This document shows, piece after piece, positions 1 through 11,232 of a stretch of 44,711 nucleotides of DNA. Made by a program: the position numbers and the translations under genes. This DNA comes from Conidiobolus incongruus B7586. Its lineage: Eukaryota. The notes under the pieces are model-generated. The model worked only from the letters and a program-made list of their open reading frames with translations, ran no database searches and was not told the DNA's origin. The stretch lies in contig JNEM01010602.1 of the NCBI GenBank assembly GCA_000697335.1, positions 1-44,711 of the forward strand. The letters are read 5' to 3'. Numbering within the stretch: position 1 is the stretch's first letter; the number at the start of each line of letters is the position of its first letter.

Positions 1-1215
1 AAAAATTTTTTGATATTGTTATATAATATATAATGTAATATAATTATCAAACTTAAATCATATATTCCAAATTTAAATAAAAATTTGAATATTATAATAC
101 CAAAATTAAATTTTAAAATATATGTGAAATAAAAAAATAAAAATTTAAAATATAATATTGGTATAATAAAATATAAATTGGTTCAAAATTTGCTAATTAC
201 TTGAAAAACAAATAATATTAATATTTTAATAAAAATAAAGAATAAAAAATTATTAATTTATTATCAGATTATATACTTGATTTAATAGATATAAGTCTTT
301 AAATTTGTTTTTAAAATTATTTTAAGATTCATTCTTCCTTTATCATGATCCATAGCATTAAAATAAAGCTAATTATAATTGATCATAATAAAATTAAGCA
401 TTGAAGAAAATGTACGAATACATATGAGAGCGTGAAAAAACCAAATATGAATATAATTATATACTATAATAATCTATTAAAAAGATAAATAAATAGGTAT
501 TAATTTAAATATAATATGAAAATTGCTTTGTATATTAAAATTATTACAAGCCTCCTTGATGTTTTCATACAACATAATTGTATATTAAATATAGATTACC
601 AAATTTTAATTGTATTTCGTTGAAAATAAATAATATTTTTAACAAATATTCAGTTCACATTGTTTTAGATATCATTTATGAAATTATTTTTTTATTATAT
701 TAAATTATTAAATATTCATTACAATCGCTCTTAAATTTGATAATCATAAATGAATTGAAATTTATCAAAATTTGTAATTTTGTGAAGATTTTCTATATTT
801 TCTGAAATCCCTTGAATAAATATCTAGCAAAAAAACTTGCCGCATTTTTTTGTTGCAACCTTATAATAAACATGTAGAATTTTAAGCTATAAGGACATTA
901 TTAAGTTACTTGGATTAGTTGCATTATGTTTAAAATTGCCTATTAATTTCATTGAGTTTAATAACCAAACAAATTTTTTACAATATTCAATTAAATTTGA
1001 TAATCTGTTTTTATTTTTAAATGAAATTACACGTATTAAAAATTTTAATTTTCAATTTAAAATAAATCTTTGACAATCCCACAATCTTTTTCATTGAATG
1101 TTTATAATATATTGATTTTTACAGTTGTTCCATTAAAAAAATACAAAATTAAACTTTGATTTTTTTTTGAATTGGATCAATTTAATAATAACCAAAATAA
1201 TAAAATTAATATAAA

Positions 1216-2073
1216 ATGAATGTCCAGTTAATTAGGAGATTTCCTTTAAACCAAATACGACAAGTATCACAATTCCATACTAGATCTATCCAATTATTTA
1301 ATGTCAATGATACCTTATTTAAAGATGCCAAAAATACCAACAGATTACAAACTTTAAAAGGTCTCGGTCTCAAGCCCATTCAAAAAGAAAATGTCAATCA
1401 ATGGCTTGAAATTGAAGAAGGCGAAGATGAAGACGATGATGATATTGAACCTTACGAATTTGACGATCATACTACTATGGCCCATCATTATTTGAGACAA
1501 GTTCGTTACGTTAGAAAGTATATGAGACAAATTAAATATGAAATGCCCACCTTTTCTGGTAACTATTTTAAGATTTACGATGTGAAATTTAAATTAAATT
1601 ATTTTTATAGAACACGTTAAAGCTTTTGTACCTCCTACTCCCAAACAATATCTAAGTTTCCAAACTATCCGTCACTTGGGAGAAAAACATCCTTTAGACA
1701 ACAAGGCTGTTATGATCGTTCATTTAGATCGTTTAGAAGCTAGTGGAGAATTTACCCCTGAAGAAGTTCATTTTATTAAATTAATTTGCGAAAAGACTTA
1801 CTCTCCTGACACCAATTTAATAAGAATTGGTTCTACCAAGTATCCTACCTATGATGAAAATAAACTTTGGTTAGCTAAGACCTGGAAAAACCTTGTCCAA
1901 GTAGTAAAGGTAAATCAGCTGAGTAACGCATACATTCAAAATACTGATATTGTTATTTTTAGACCAGTGAAGATAAATTTAATGACGTTCCTCTAACTAA
2001 GCAAAAGAGCGAGAAATTTGAATATCCTAAAGAATGGTTACCCTCCAACAAAGAATCTGAAATTAAAGCTTAA
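1216..2073 (+). CDS. RSM24: Mitochondrial small-subunit ribosomal protein mS35 (Rsm24/MRPS35 family); exons 1216-1558, 1611-1909, 1963-2073
   Basis: GT-AG introns 1559-1610 and 1910-1962 join the two ORF-track ORFs into one frame: ...RYVRKYMRQIKYEMPTFSEHVKAFVPPT...RHLGEKHPLDNKAV...KYPTYDENKLWL...DKFNDVPL...FEYPKEWL. These blocks resemble the family. The N-terminus is Arg-rich like a mitochondrial presequence. Confidence 0.88.
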
Positions 2074-2500
2074 TCATACAATTAGATTAATTTAAATACA
2101 CATATTAATATTTATATCAATCTAACATTTTATAATTATACTTTAATTTTGAAAATTCATATAATCATTTCTAACCATTAATCTAGAATATAATATTAAT
2201 CAATCTCAACAATTAATATCAGATTGAATTAGAGTATTGAAAAATATTTAATTGTTATGGAACAAATCATATAAAAGTAACATCAATTAATATTGTAATA
2301 TATGCAATTTAGATTATATTATTAATTATTGTTACCGTATTAATTTTGTCTATTGATTGATAATGATGAAATAAATAATTTGGTATGACATATTGATTGG
2401 ATCAACTTATAAAATAAAAAAATATTCCTATTTGAATTATATACTAATGGAAAATAAATATTATAAAATGAAATAATAGATATATTTTAAAGTGAGTGTA

Positions 2501-2903
2501 TTATCTAGAAGTAGAAGGGTCTTGGGCTTCTTTTCTAGCAGCATCTTGAAGTAGAGCTGTATCAACAGCTTCGGGTGGTAATTGTACATATCTAATAACT
2601 GAACCACGAATAAAGCAAGATTTAACAGATATCTAAAAAAATAAAATTTAATTATTTTATTAAATTATGATTAAATAAAATTATTTACCAAATGAGGATA
2701 ATTTACTTCATCAATTACTTTAATATCATTTAACTTCATATTTAAAAATTGATCAACAGTAGCGAGTGTTCCTTGTATAGCAAGGTCATTCTTCAACTCT
2801 ACCGTAACTTGCTTTCCAATTAAAGTTTTGAAACAAGAATAGAATAACTATAAGTACTATTAATACAAAATAAAATAAAACATATAAATATATCAGTTAC
2901 CAT
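2501..2903 (-). CDS. LSM2: U6 snRNA-associated Sm-like protein LSm2; exons 2903-2901 (ATG only), 2847-2689, 2632-2501
   Basis: Not in the ORF track. Manual splice gives MLFYSCFKTLIGKQVTVELKNDLAIQGTLATVDQFLNMKLNDIKVIDEVNYPHLISVKSCFIRGSVIRYVQLPPEAVDTALLQDAARKEAQDPSTSR*, matching the LSm2 consensus (VELKND, CFIRGSV.RY, DT.LLQDA.R.EA). Confidence 0.96.
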
Positions 2904-3240
2904 TATTAATAGTTATGAATAATATATTGAAAGATAGTTTAAAGTGAAAAATTTATTAATGCAATTTAAGTAAATTGAACTAGATTAAAATTTAGATAAA
3001 TAATTTAAGCTAATATTTAATTGATTTGATTTTGATTCAATTTTATTAAGTGTATTTAATTAATATCTAGGTGTTTATTAAATTTATATTGAATTTAAAA
3101 AATTAAAAAAATATGGGATTGATTGTGTATAAATTTATACATTGGTAAAAATAAAAAATTTCACATATAAATGATAGTTAATAAAAAGCATTTAATAAAA
3201 AATATTATTGATGATGGTAAATTTTTAATTGTAAAAAAAA

Positions 3241-4201
3241 CTATTCGTCGATGTAATCGGATACCGGATTATCCTGTACAAGAAATGTGTGAATGATATC
3301 ATCAAGTTCGTCATGTCCGAATGAAGCGACATATGTTTCATTCATGGAACGATCTACTTCAACAACCCTATATTCTTTCTCTGTTGCAACTATAAATTTT
3401 CTATCATCATCATCATCATCTAGATCATTCACTATAGCATCAATATCAATATCATCTTGATTATGTTAAACTCCATGTTGAATTCAACTCTAAGATGTTG
3501 ATAGAAAAGCACATCAGTGTTAAATCCTTTATCAACATATACATTTGTACCTATATATTTATTGCTACTTACAATATTTCTAGGATCTACCTTATCATGT
3601 AAATACTCTATACCCATTCCAGGGAGCATTCTATAGTCATTATTGGTTATGGTGCCATCGGCAACACTTACTACTTTTACATCTTGCCAATTACTGTCAT
3701 GAACTATAAAAAATTCATTAGACGTTTCATTATCCGCGAGAACTATCTCTCTTTCGCGTGCATAACCTACCGAAAACTCGTCAACATACGATACTTTAAC
3801 GTATCTATTTAAACTAGAAAGCATGCCATATAGAGCATAGAGTTTTATATAGCTTTCACTCGAATCATACATCTCTTTATCGATAAACACGTGTAATAAT
3901 GGAGTATTTTTAATGGCTGATGAATACTCTTGCTCATTACATAAAAGTTCGTAGTCGTAATCCATTATGTTATTTTTCTTAACGTAAAAGTTAAAAGATG
4001 ACTTAGAGCCTATGTATTTTTTACCAGTATTTATGTCATTAACCATTACTCTATCTTTAAGAATAATAACATAATGGTCATTATTATCAATAATATCTCT
4101 AAGTTCTACATCATCAACATAAACCACATCGCATATAGGTTTGTAATAGGAAAGTATGATTCGTCTATAGGAAAGTCTGCAAACTTGTGTACATAGAGCA
4201 T
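3241..4201 (-). pseudogene. Intronless frameshifted ORF of unknown function (about 320 codons if repaired); possibly foreign or viral
   Basis: ATG at 4201 (MLYVHKFADFPIDESYFP...) needs a -1 shift to join the frame of ORF 3432-4127. A second -1 shift near 3465 joins ...NQDDIDIDAIVNDLDDDDDDRKF... to the stop at 3241. No introns and no recognisable motif. Confidence 0.55.
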
Positions 4202-4429
4202 ATTTTTTTAATTTTAATAATTAATTCGAATTTTATAGTAATTATATAAAAATTACTTATTTATGGGAAATTATGAATTAAAAAAATTTTATTTAATTTA
4301 TTATAAATTAAGTAAATTTAACTCTTTGATTACTAAAATCATAAAATATTTATTTTATATATAAAATACATTTTTAATTAATCGAATTACGATATTTACT
4401 ATCATCAAGTGAATGCTTATGACATTTTT

Positions 4430-5704
4430 ATGAAGTTTATATTAAATAATTTTTATAGAACGCTGCATTTTATTAATCCTAAAATTAAAATACATACCAT
4501 TTGTAAAATGAGCTTTAATACTAAGATAGATATTATTCCTACTACTCAACTGAGTATTGACGATAGTGATATTTATAGACCCAAATACAATTGGAAAAAT
4601 GGATCAGTACCTGAATCAATAAAAGAAGCTGGTCAATTATTGAAATCTGATCAGGTGGTTGCTATGCCTACTGAAACGGTATATGGGTTAGCAGGAAATG
4701 CATTTTCGTCTACAGCTGTTGAAAAAATCTTCAAGGCCAAGGGCAGACCAAACGATAATCCTTTAATTATTCACATTAGCGATCTGGATATGTTGAAACA
4801 AATCCTTCCTGAAAACACTACTCTACCAAAGATATATGAACAAGTAATTAAAACACACTGGCCTGGACCTTTAACCATTCTACTACCCAGGGGCAAAAAT
4901 GTTCCGGATTGCGTCACTGCTGGCCATCCCACTGTTGCCGTGCGCTTCCCGGAGCACCCAATTGCTAGAGCAATGATTAATGAAGCTGGCGTGCCATTGG
5001 CAGCTCCTTCTGCAAATACATCAGGAAAACCATCGCCAACACTTGCTGAACATGTTTTACAGGACCTCAAAGGATTGATTCCACTCATTATTGACTCAGG
5101 ATCCTGCGATGTTGGAATTGAATCGACAGTACTTGATGGACTTCGCCAACCTCCTTGTATCTTAAGACCTGGAGGTGTAACATTAGAACAATTGAGACAG
5201 CTTGAACTTTTAGAAAATTGCCAAGTGTATAAAAAGGGAAAATTTGTTGAAAACGAAGGAGAAAATCTAGAAGAATGTCCCACTACTCCTGGTATGAAAT
5301 ATAAGCACTATTCCCCCTCAGGGCAAATTACGCTGCTTCAACCTGGAAGCTCTTTAAGTACTAAAGAGAACTTTGAAATTACCTTATTTAATTTGTTGAA
5401 GGATCTCACGCCAGAGAAATCGTTTTCACCAAACACCCCTAATTCTATTGCCGTAATCTTAACAACTGCTTTAGGTTCTTCAATTATTGAAAAATTAAAG
5501 AATCTAAGTGAGCCTCCAATGATTTTGTCTCTATACAATCCTCACAATGATCAATCTGTAAGTCAATTGCTTTTCAAAGCATTCAGAGATTGTGATACTG
5601 CTGGAATCAAATATATACTGATGGAGGGCTTGGAGGAATCGGGTCTCAATACTGGAATCATGAATAGAATGATTAAAGCATCATCAGTCATTTTGAAATA
5701 TTAG
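4430..5704 (+). CDS. SUA5: Threonylcarbamoyl-AMP synthase Sua5 (YrdC + SUA5 domains), intronless; in-frame ATGs at 4430 and 4508
   Basis: Motifs PTETVYGLAGNA, KGRPNDNPLIIH, WPGPLT, AAPSANTSGKPSPT, GIESTV, LRPGG, TPGMKYKHYSP and MNRMIKAS. Confidence 0.96.
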   Translation: MKFILNNFYRTLHFINPKIKIHTICKMSFNTKIDIIPTTQLSIDDSDIYRPKYNWKNGSVPESIKEAGQLLKSDQVVAMPTETVYGLAGNAFSSTAVEKIFKAKGRPNDNPLIIHISDLDMLKQILPENTTLPKIYEQVIKTHWPGPLTILLPRGKNVPDCVTAGHPTVAVRFPEHPIARAMINEAGVPLAAPSANTSGKPSPTLAEHVLQDLKGLIPLIIDSGSCDVGIESTVLDGLRQPPCILRPGGVTLEQLRQLELLENCQVYKKGKFVENEGENLEECPTTPGMKYKHYSPSGQITLLQPGSSLSTKENFEITLFNLLKDLTPEKSFSPNTPNSIAVILTTALGSSIIEKLKNLSEPPMILSLYNPHNDQSVSQLLFKAFRDCDTAGIKYILMEGLEESGLNTGIMNRMIKASSVILKY

Positions 5705-5792
5705 ATTTAATAAATTCTGAAAATTATTTATTTTTAACTTTATTAACAAATGTTGAATATAATGAATATGTGCTTTCAGTAATTTAAACAGA

Positions 5793-6737
5793 TCATTCAG
5801 GCAATGGTTCTGGCGAGTTGACCTTTTTTGGCAACTCTAGTAATGTATGCCATATCCTGAAGCAAGGAGATGCACAGAGTCCAGGCTGAGAAGGGCATTC
5901 ATTACAACAATATTTTGTTTCCTTACGGATCCCGCGAGCATAACAAACACGGCACCTTCTCATCGAAGTCCTTCTGGGATTAGGACGACTTGGTGGGTTT
6001 GTATCAGGAAAATGGCGTTGAATAAGACGTACTGAGTCATCTTTTACATTAGTACGAGGTGGAAGATCAGGGTCTAATTGGATAACTGAAGACATCACAG
6101 AATGCATGTATTCCAAATATTGCAAACGAGCTACAGCTTTACTTGGATTATCATGAGATGTACTTCCAGAACGCTTAGTTGGTGTTGTATGTGTTGCTCC
6201 ATGAGCAGGAAAATTATCTTTTTTCATTTGAGGTGCTATAGTAACTGGTGCTATAGGATGCTGACTTGCAAGAATGGGTGGAGTAGGGGTAGGAGTGGGA
6301 TTAGGTGCGACTAAATTAGATTGAGATTGAGATTGAATTTGAGCTGGCACTGTAGATGGTAATAGGGGGGTAGGAGCCAAACTAGGCTGGGAAGAAGGGA
6401 TAGAGATTGGGGTGGCTCCATTGGTCGGATTCTGAGCAGAATTGTTTTCTGCATTTGGAGTGACAATCCCACTAACAGGAGACTGTGGCTTAGAACTGTC
6501 AATTTGTTGTAGCTGAGGCAAAGGCAATGGAGGAACACCAACCAATTGAGAATCATGATTTGTAGAAAGAGGAAGTGGGACTGAACTTTGAGCATTTTCA
6601 GCAGGAATAGGATTTGGTAAAATTTGATAATTTATCTGCGCTGTTTGAATAAATCTATTTTGTGCAGCATTCAAATCAGGATTTGCTGGTTGAGAAAAAT
6701 TCTCTCCTTCTCCTGGTTGTAAATTTTGATTATTCAT
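5793..6737 (-). CDS. Pro/Gln/Ser-rich protein ending in a piggyBac-transposase-type C-terminal cysteine-rich (Zn-binding) domain; candidate domesticated transposase fragment
   Basis: The C-terminus RLIQRHFP...RRCRVC...RKETKYCCNECPSQPGLCASPCFRIWHT matches the piggyBac/PGBD4 C-terminal domain pattern. The 314-aa ORF is intact and has no DDD catalytic core. A putative 5'-UTR intron spans 6911-6745 (GTAATA...TCTAAT...TTGTAG). Confidence 0.8.
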   Translation of the reverse strand: MNNQNLQPGEGENFSQPANPDLNAAQNRFIQTAQINYQILPNPIPAENAQSSVPLPLSTNHDSQLVGVPPLPLPQLQQIDSSKPQSPVSGIVTPNAENNSAQNPTNGATPISIPSSQPSLAPTPLLPSTVPAQIQSQSQSNLVAPNPTPTPTPPILASQHPIAPVTIAPQMKKDNFPAHGATHTTPTKRSGSTSHDNPSKAVARLQYLEYMHSVMSSVIQLDPDLPPRTNVKDDSVRLIQRHFPDTNPPSRPNPRRTSMRRCRVCYARGIRKETKYCCNECPSQPGLCASPCFRIWHTLLELPKKVNSPEPLPE

Positions 6738-7762
6738 TATTACACTACAAAGTTAAATTAGATATGATAATCAAAGATAGTTTTGAAAAATATATGCAAA
6801 AAAAACTAAGCATTGTAAATTATATTATTATAATAATCATGAATTAAAAATAATGTTATGTCAAAATACAAAATAGTCTTAGATAATTAAGTAAGAGCAA
6901 AAATATATTACCTCAGACTATGAGAAATATCAACTTGACGTTTCGTCACTAAAATTCAGCAATGACGACCAAAGTAGACTTTATTAAATCTTAAAGTATT
7001 AAATTCTAATTGATGATAATTATTCATAAATGAACCAATATTTTTCTATTGTTTCTTAATTAAAGGAATTGATTGGAAGGTTCTTTTTACCAATTTCACA
7101 AAATATTTGATTGCAAATTAAAATAAATATTGCAATATATTTCAAAAAAGTTGATAAAATCATTATAGATAGAGCATGAATGCAATAAATAAGAATCAAA
7201 ATATAATTCAATATGATAAAAATTATTTAATTTTTATATTTCAATGAAAAAGTATTTTGAAAACATATATTGATATAAATATTGATTGAAATTGTAAGTA
7301 ATAGAATTTAAACAAAATATCTGAAAAAGAGAAAAGTATTTATATCATATATATGAAAATTTGAAAAAAAATATTGATATTAGGTTTGTTGTTATAAGCA
7401 TTATATTACTAATTTTCAATTTGTATTAACTCAATACTTATTTATCAAATGAACCCATAATTGATAAAAACGTCCAAATTGGTACTAAACTCAAGGTACG
7501 TACAATAATTTTAAGAAAAGTTAATAATTTAACAATGGATGGTACATATAATTACTTAAGAATGAAAAATAAGCACTTAATTGAGTTTATACAATCTGAT
7601 TGGATATATCAGCGGTTAGAAATTCAGCAGCCTTTCAATTTACCACCACTCGAATCCAAACCTACTAAACCAGAAAAAATGCAACTCCCTCAATCAGTTT
7701 ATAATAAACTAAAATTATAATTATAATTAAATAGTTAAATTCTTCATTTATTAAACAGTAAT

Positions 7763-8877
7763 TTAATTAACTAATAATTCTATAATACTTTTAAAGGTTG
7801 GATAAATAGAGCAATCCTTGTATTTGGCCAAAATCTGATTATTTTCGGAATCCACATTAGATTCAAATAAACTGATAAGATTGGGATCAATGGGTACGGC
7901 ACCTATTATTTTTATTATTATTATAGATCAAACAATTATAATAAATAATGTTACCTAAGAATGGAATTTTGAATTGTTCAGCTAGAGACTTTCCACCTCC
8001 TGATGAGAAAATATTAGTGCATTCCTAAAAGTTTAATTAATCAGCTAAAGGTATAAAATATATCATTGTATGTTTTACAGAGCAATGTGGACAGTTGAAA
8101 CCAGACATATTCTCTACCAAACCCAAAATAGGTAATTCTAATTTAAGACAGAAATTCAATTCTTTGCGAACATCAGCACATGATACATCCTACAAAATTA
8201 TTAATAAACCATTCAACTGCCTTGATAGTGGGTAAATATACCTGAGGCGTGGTGACCAATACTGCACCATCAGGTTTCATATCTTTCAAATATTCAACAA
8301 CTGAAATATGTTCATCAGAGGTTCCTAAAATAGAAATAAATATTAACATTAAAATACAAAGATTAAAATCTAAAATACCTGGAGGAGTATCAATAATTAA
8401 ATAATCTAATTCGCCCCAATAAACATCTCTTAAAAATTGCTGGATCATTGCTATTTCATATTAAATTAATATTATACATATATCATTAATATTATTAAAT
8501 ATTACAGGTTTTTTTAGGACCTCTCCAAACAACAGAAGTATCTTTACTTGGTAGTAAAAATCCTATTGACATACAGCTTAATTTTTGTTCCTCGTCGACG
8601 TACACAGGAACCCAACTAAAAATAATTTAGTTTGCAAAATTATGATATTTAAAAAATGAAAGTACCCGCTTGAAGCTTGATGAACAGGCTTTGATTCGAC
8701 ACCCAAAAGTCTAGGAATAGAAGGTCCACACAAGTCAATATCCATGATTCCCACTTTGAAACCCTGCAATACTAAACTCAACGCCAATTGCGCACTGACA
8801 GTACTTTTACCAACCCCTCCTTTTCCTGATAATACCAGTACGATGTGTTTTACCTGACTTAAACTTGATAAACTCAT
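7763..8877 (-). CDS. CFD1: Cytosolic Fe-S cluster assembly factor Cfd1/NUBP2 (Mrp/NBP35 P-loop ATPase), multi-exon
   Basis: ATG at 8877. Motifs [76 protein letters not shown] and GAVPIDP. Lacks the N-terminal 4-Cys extension of Nbp35. Spliced stop at 7765-7763. Confidence 0.93.
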
Positions 8878-9446
8878 ATTATTATAACTAGAACAGAAAG
8901 AGGAAACTAACGATAGATGTGTATGACTTAGGATTATTAATATAATCAATGGATAGTCATGTGTTTGATTAATGAAAAGTGGAATTTTAACCAATTTGAT
9001 TAATTAATTTTATATGGGATGTATTATAACACGGAATTCGGTTATTTTATTTGATTCGAACATTAATTTTCATAAAATTTACTATAATAATTTTGTAATT
9101 ATTTCGTTCGATATATAATATATACATATAGCAATTTTTCCATTACATATTTCATATTATATATACTATACATTTACTAAAATAACCATCTGAATCAATA
9201 TCTTATCATTCTATCACAATCAACCAATGATGATGTAATATTAACAAAGTTAACCAATCAAAATCATCGAATTGGTTGTATGAGAGTCAAAAAATTATAA
9301 TTAAGGGTTTTAACAGAAGTTTCTCAATCTTTTTGAGTTTGACTGTTTTAAATAATCAAAATAATATTTTTCGTTCATTCTTAAAAGTATTACTTAACAC
9401 TGGTAGTATAAATTATTACTATTAATTAATCAACCATATTCAAACT

Positions 9447-10788
9447 ATGGAGTGTACTATTTGTCTTCAAAATAAAAATAAATTTTTCTGTAATACTTGC
9501 ATAACAGAAAGGTATAACTTATATTAATGCTAATTTTATTATACTAATTATAAATTATAGTTTAATTGATTACACAAATTTAAAAAATAATATAGAGATA
9601 TATTTTCCGAATATGAAAGAAATGATTCAAACTCATTATAATAAAAAATTAAATCAGTTTAAAGTAAATTATTTAAAAGACCAAATTAGTCAACTCAGAA
9701 TATTAGAAACTGAACTACCTAAAAAAATCACTGAAGGTACTTTGATTTATCATTTGTTTGTTTTATATATTAACTATGTGGTTGTATATTAGCTAAATCG
9801 AAAAATATGGAATTGAAAAGACAGAACCAAGAGAGACAACTTCGGATAGAAAATTTAAAAACAAAATTAAACAGTTTGATTGAGCAGTCTAGAACGGGAC
9901 AGGAAGCGTTCCTAAACAAATCAAAAGAACTTGACAGAGATACACAGGTTAGAACAGGTTACACTAGAAAAGGTCTAGTATATCAACTTCGGTCCATGGT
10001 TCATTTCAATCCTATGGACAGTTCTGTGACTCAACAGCTTGAAAAGCTAAGAATTTCTAAAGAAAATCACAAAAATAAGAAAACTTCCAATACGGCACAA
10101 GAGAGTTATATGGAAATTTCCCAAACCGAATCACCCTACTTTAAATTTTACTGTAAGTGACACTATATTACGTATTGAATGCATTCCTTATTTATAAATT
10201 TTAGCTCAATTTAGCGGAGGTGTATTACACCTTATACATGTAGTCAATTTAGCATCTCAGTATCTCGGAAAACTTCTACCATTTTCAGTTGTATATCGAG
10301 GATCAGTTCCTTACCTTGAGCACGATTTTATCCATTTCCAAAATATCTCCGAAATTCCATTATTTCTACTGGATCAGAACCAAGATTATCATCCATTATT
10401 GCTAGCTATTAGTTTCTATAATCTAGCATATCTCTGTTTCACTCAATCAATCATCCTCACATCGCAAGATTACTTAAATTGGCCAAATCACCTTCAGCAA
10501 CTGTTTAAAATCTGTCAACACAGAGTCCAGCAGACTAATATTGGCATCACTCAGCTGAGCTATCAGCTGGATGCCAATTTCAAACTTGAATTCAAAGAAT
10601 TACTCGAGTTAATCACTAAACAATTCAAAGGTCATCAAGCTAGCTCTAGTCTCACGATGGACAAATTCCTTTTAGATGATTATTTTAACCCAGATGAGGA
10701 TAGTTCTAAAGGTGAGGATGATCCTTGGGATATTGTGGACGTTGTACTGCCACCAACACCGTCTGAATTACATGCTGTCGGAATATGA
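9447..10788 (+). CDS. Atg14/Vps38 (UVRAG-like) PI3K-complex subunit; exons 9447-9511, 9561-9736, 9793-10152, 10205-10788
   Basis: N-terminal CxxC...CxxC (MECTICLQNKNKFFCNTC), a long coiled coil, then SQFSGGVLHLIHVVNLASQYLGKLLPF and LAISFYNLAYLCFTQ, which resemble the Atg14/Vps38 domain. All three GT-AG splices keep the frame. Confidence 0.72.
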
Positions 10789-11135
10789 CTTAATTTTATA
10801 ATAGTTTTTGTTAAAATATTTTTGAAATTTATATATATTATTTCTTTGTATAATAAAATCCAATTAATTGATACTTTGATCTATATATTATTGATTTTAA
10901 TTATGATCAGAAGAGATATGGTAATCAAACATTGTATAAAAATATTTAAGAACAAGGTGATGTAAATGTAAAAATTAGAACTGAAATAGTAATTTACAAA
11001 ATTTGAAAGATTAATGAAAATATGGGGCCGAAATAAAAAAATAAAAATGAAAAAAATGAAAATATGGTAGAATTCAGAAAAAAATTACTTTAAATTATAC
11101 ATATTAACATATACTTACATTTGAGAGATCAAGAT

Positions 11136-11209
11136 GCTCTCATAGCTCAGCTGGTTAGAGCGTGGTGCTAATAACGCCAAGGTCACAGGTTCGATCCCTG
11201 TTGGGAGCA
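11136..11209 (+). tRNA. tRNA-Ile(AAT), intronless
   Basis: Acceptor stem GCTCTCA/TGGGAGC, D-arm TAGCTCAGCTGGTTAGAGC, anticodon arm TGGTG-CTAATAA-CGCCA (AAT at 11170-11172), T-arm ACAGG-TTCGATC-CCTGT, then T-runs as a Pol III terminator. Confidence 0.97.
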
Positions 11210-11232
11210 TTTTAGATCATTTTATACGTTTT

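Noticed and set aside
4771..6595. Overlapping ORFs 4771-5283, 5338-5538, 5847-6035, 6102-6314 and 6311-6595
   Set aside because: Antisense or alternative-frame shadows of SUA5 and the piggyBac-domain gene, with no motifs of their own.
5705..7000. Active piggyBac transposon
   Set aside because: No DDD catalytic domain and no recognisable TTAA-flanked terminal inverted repeats.
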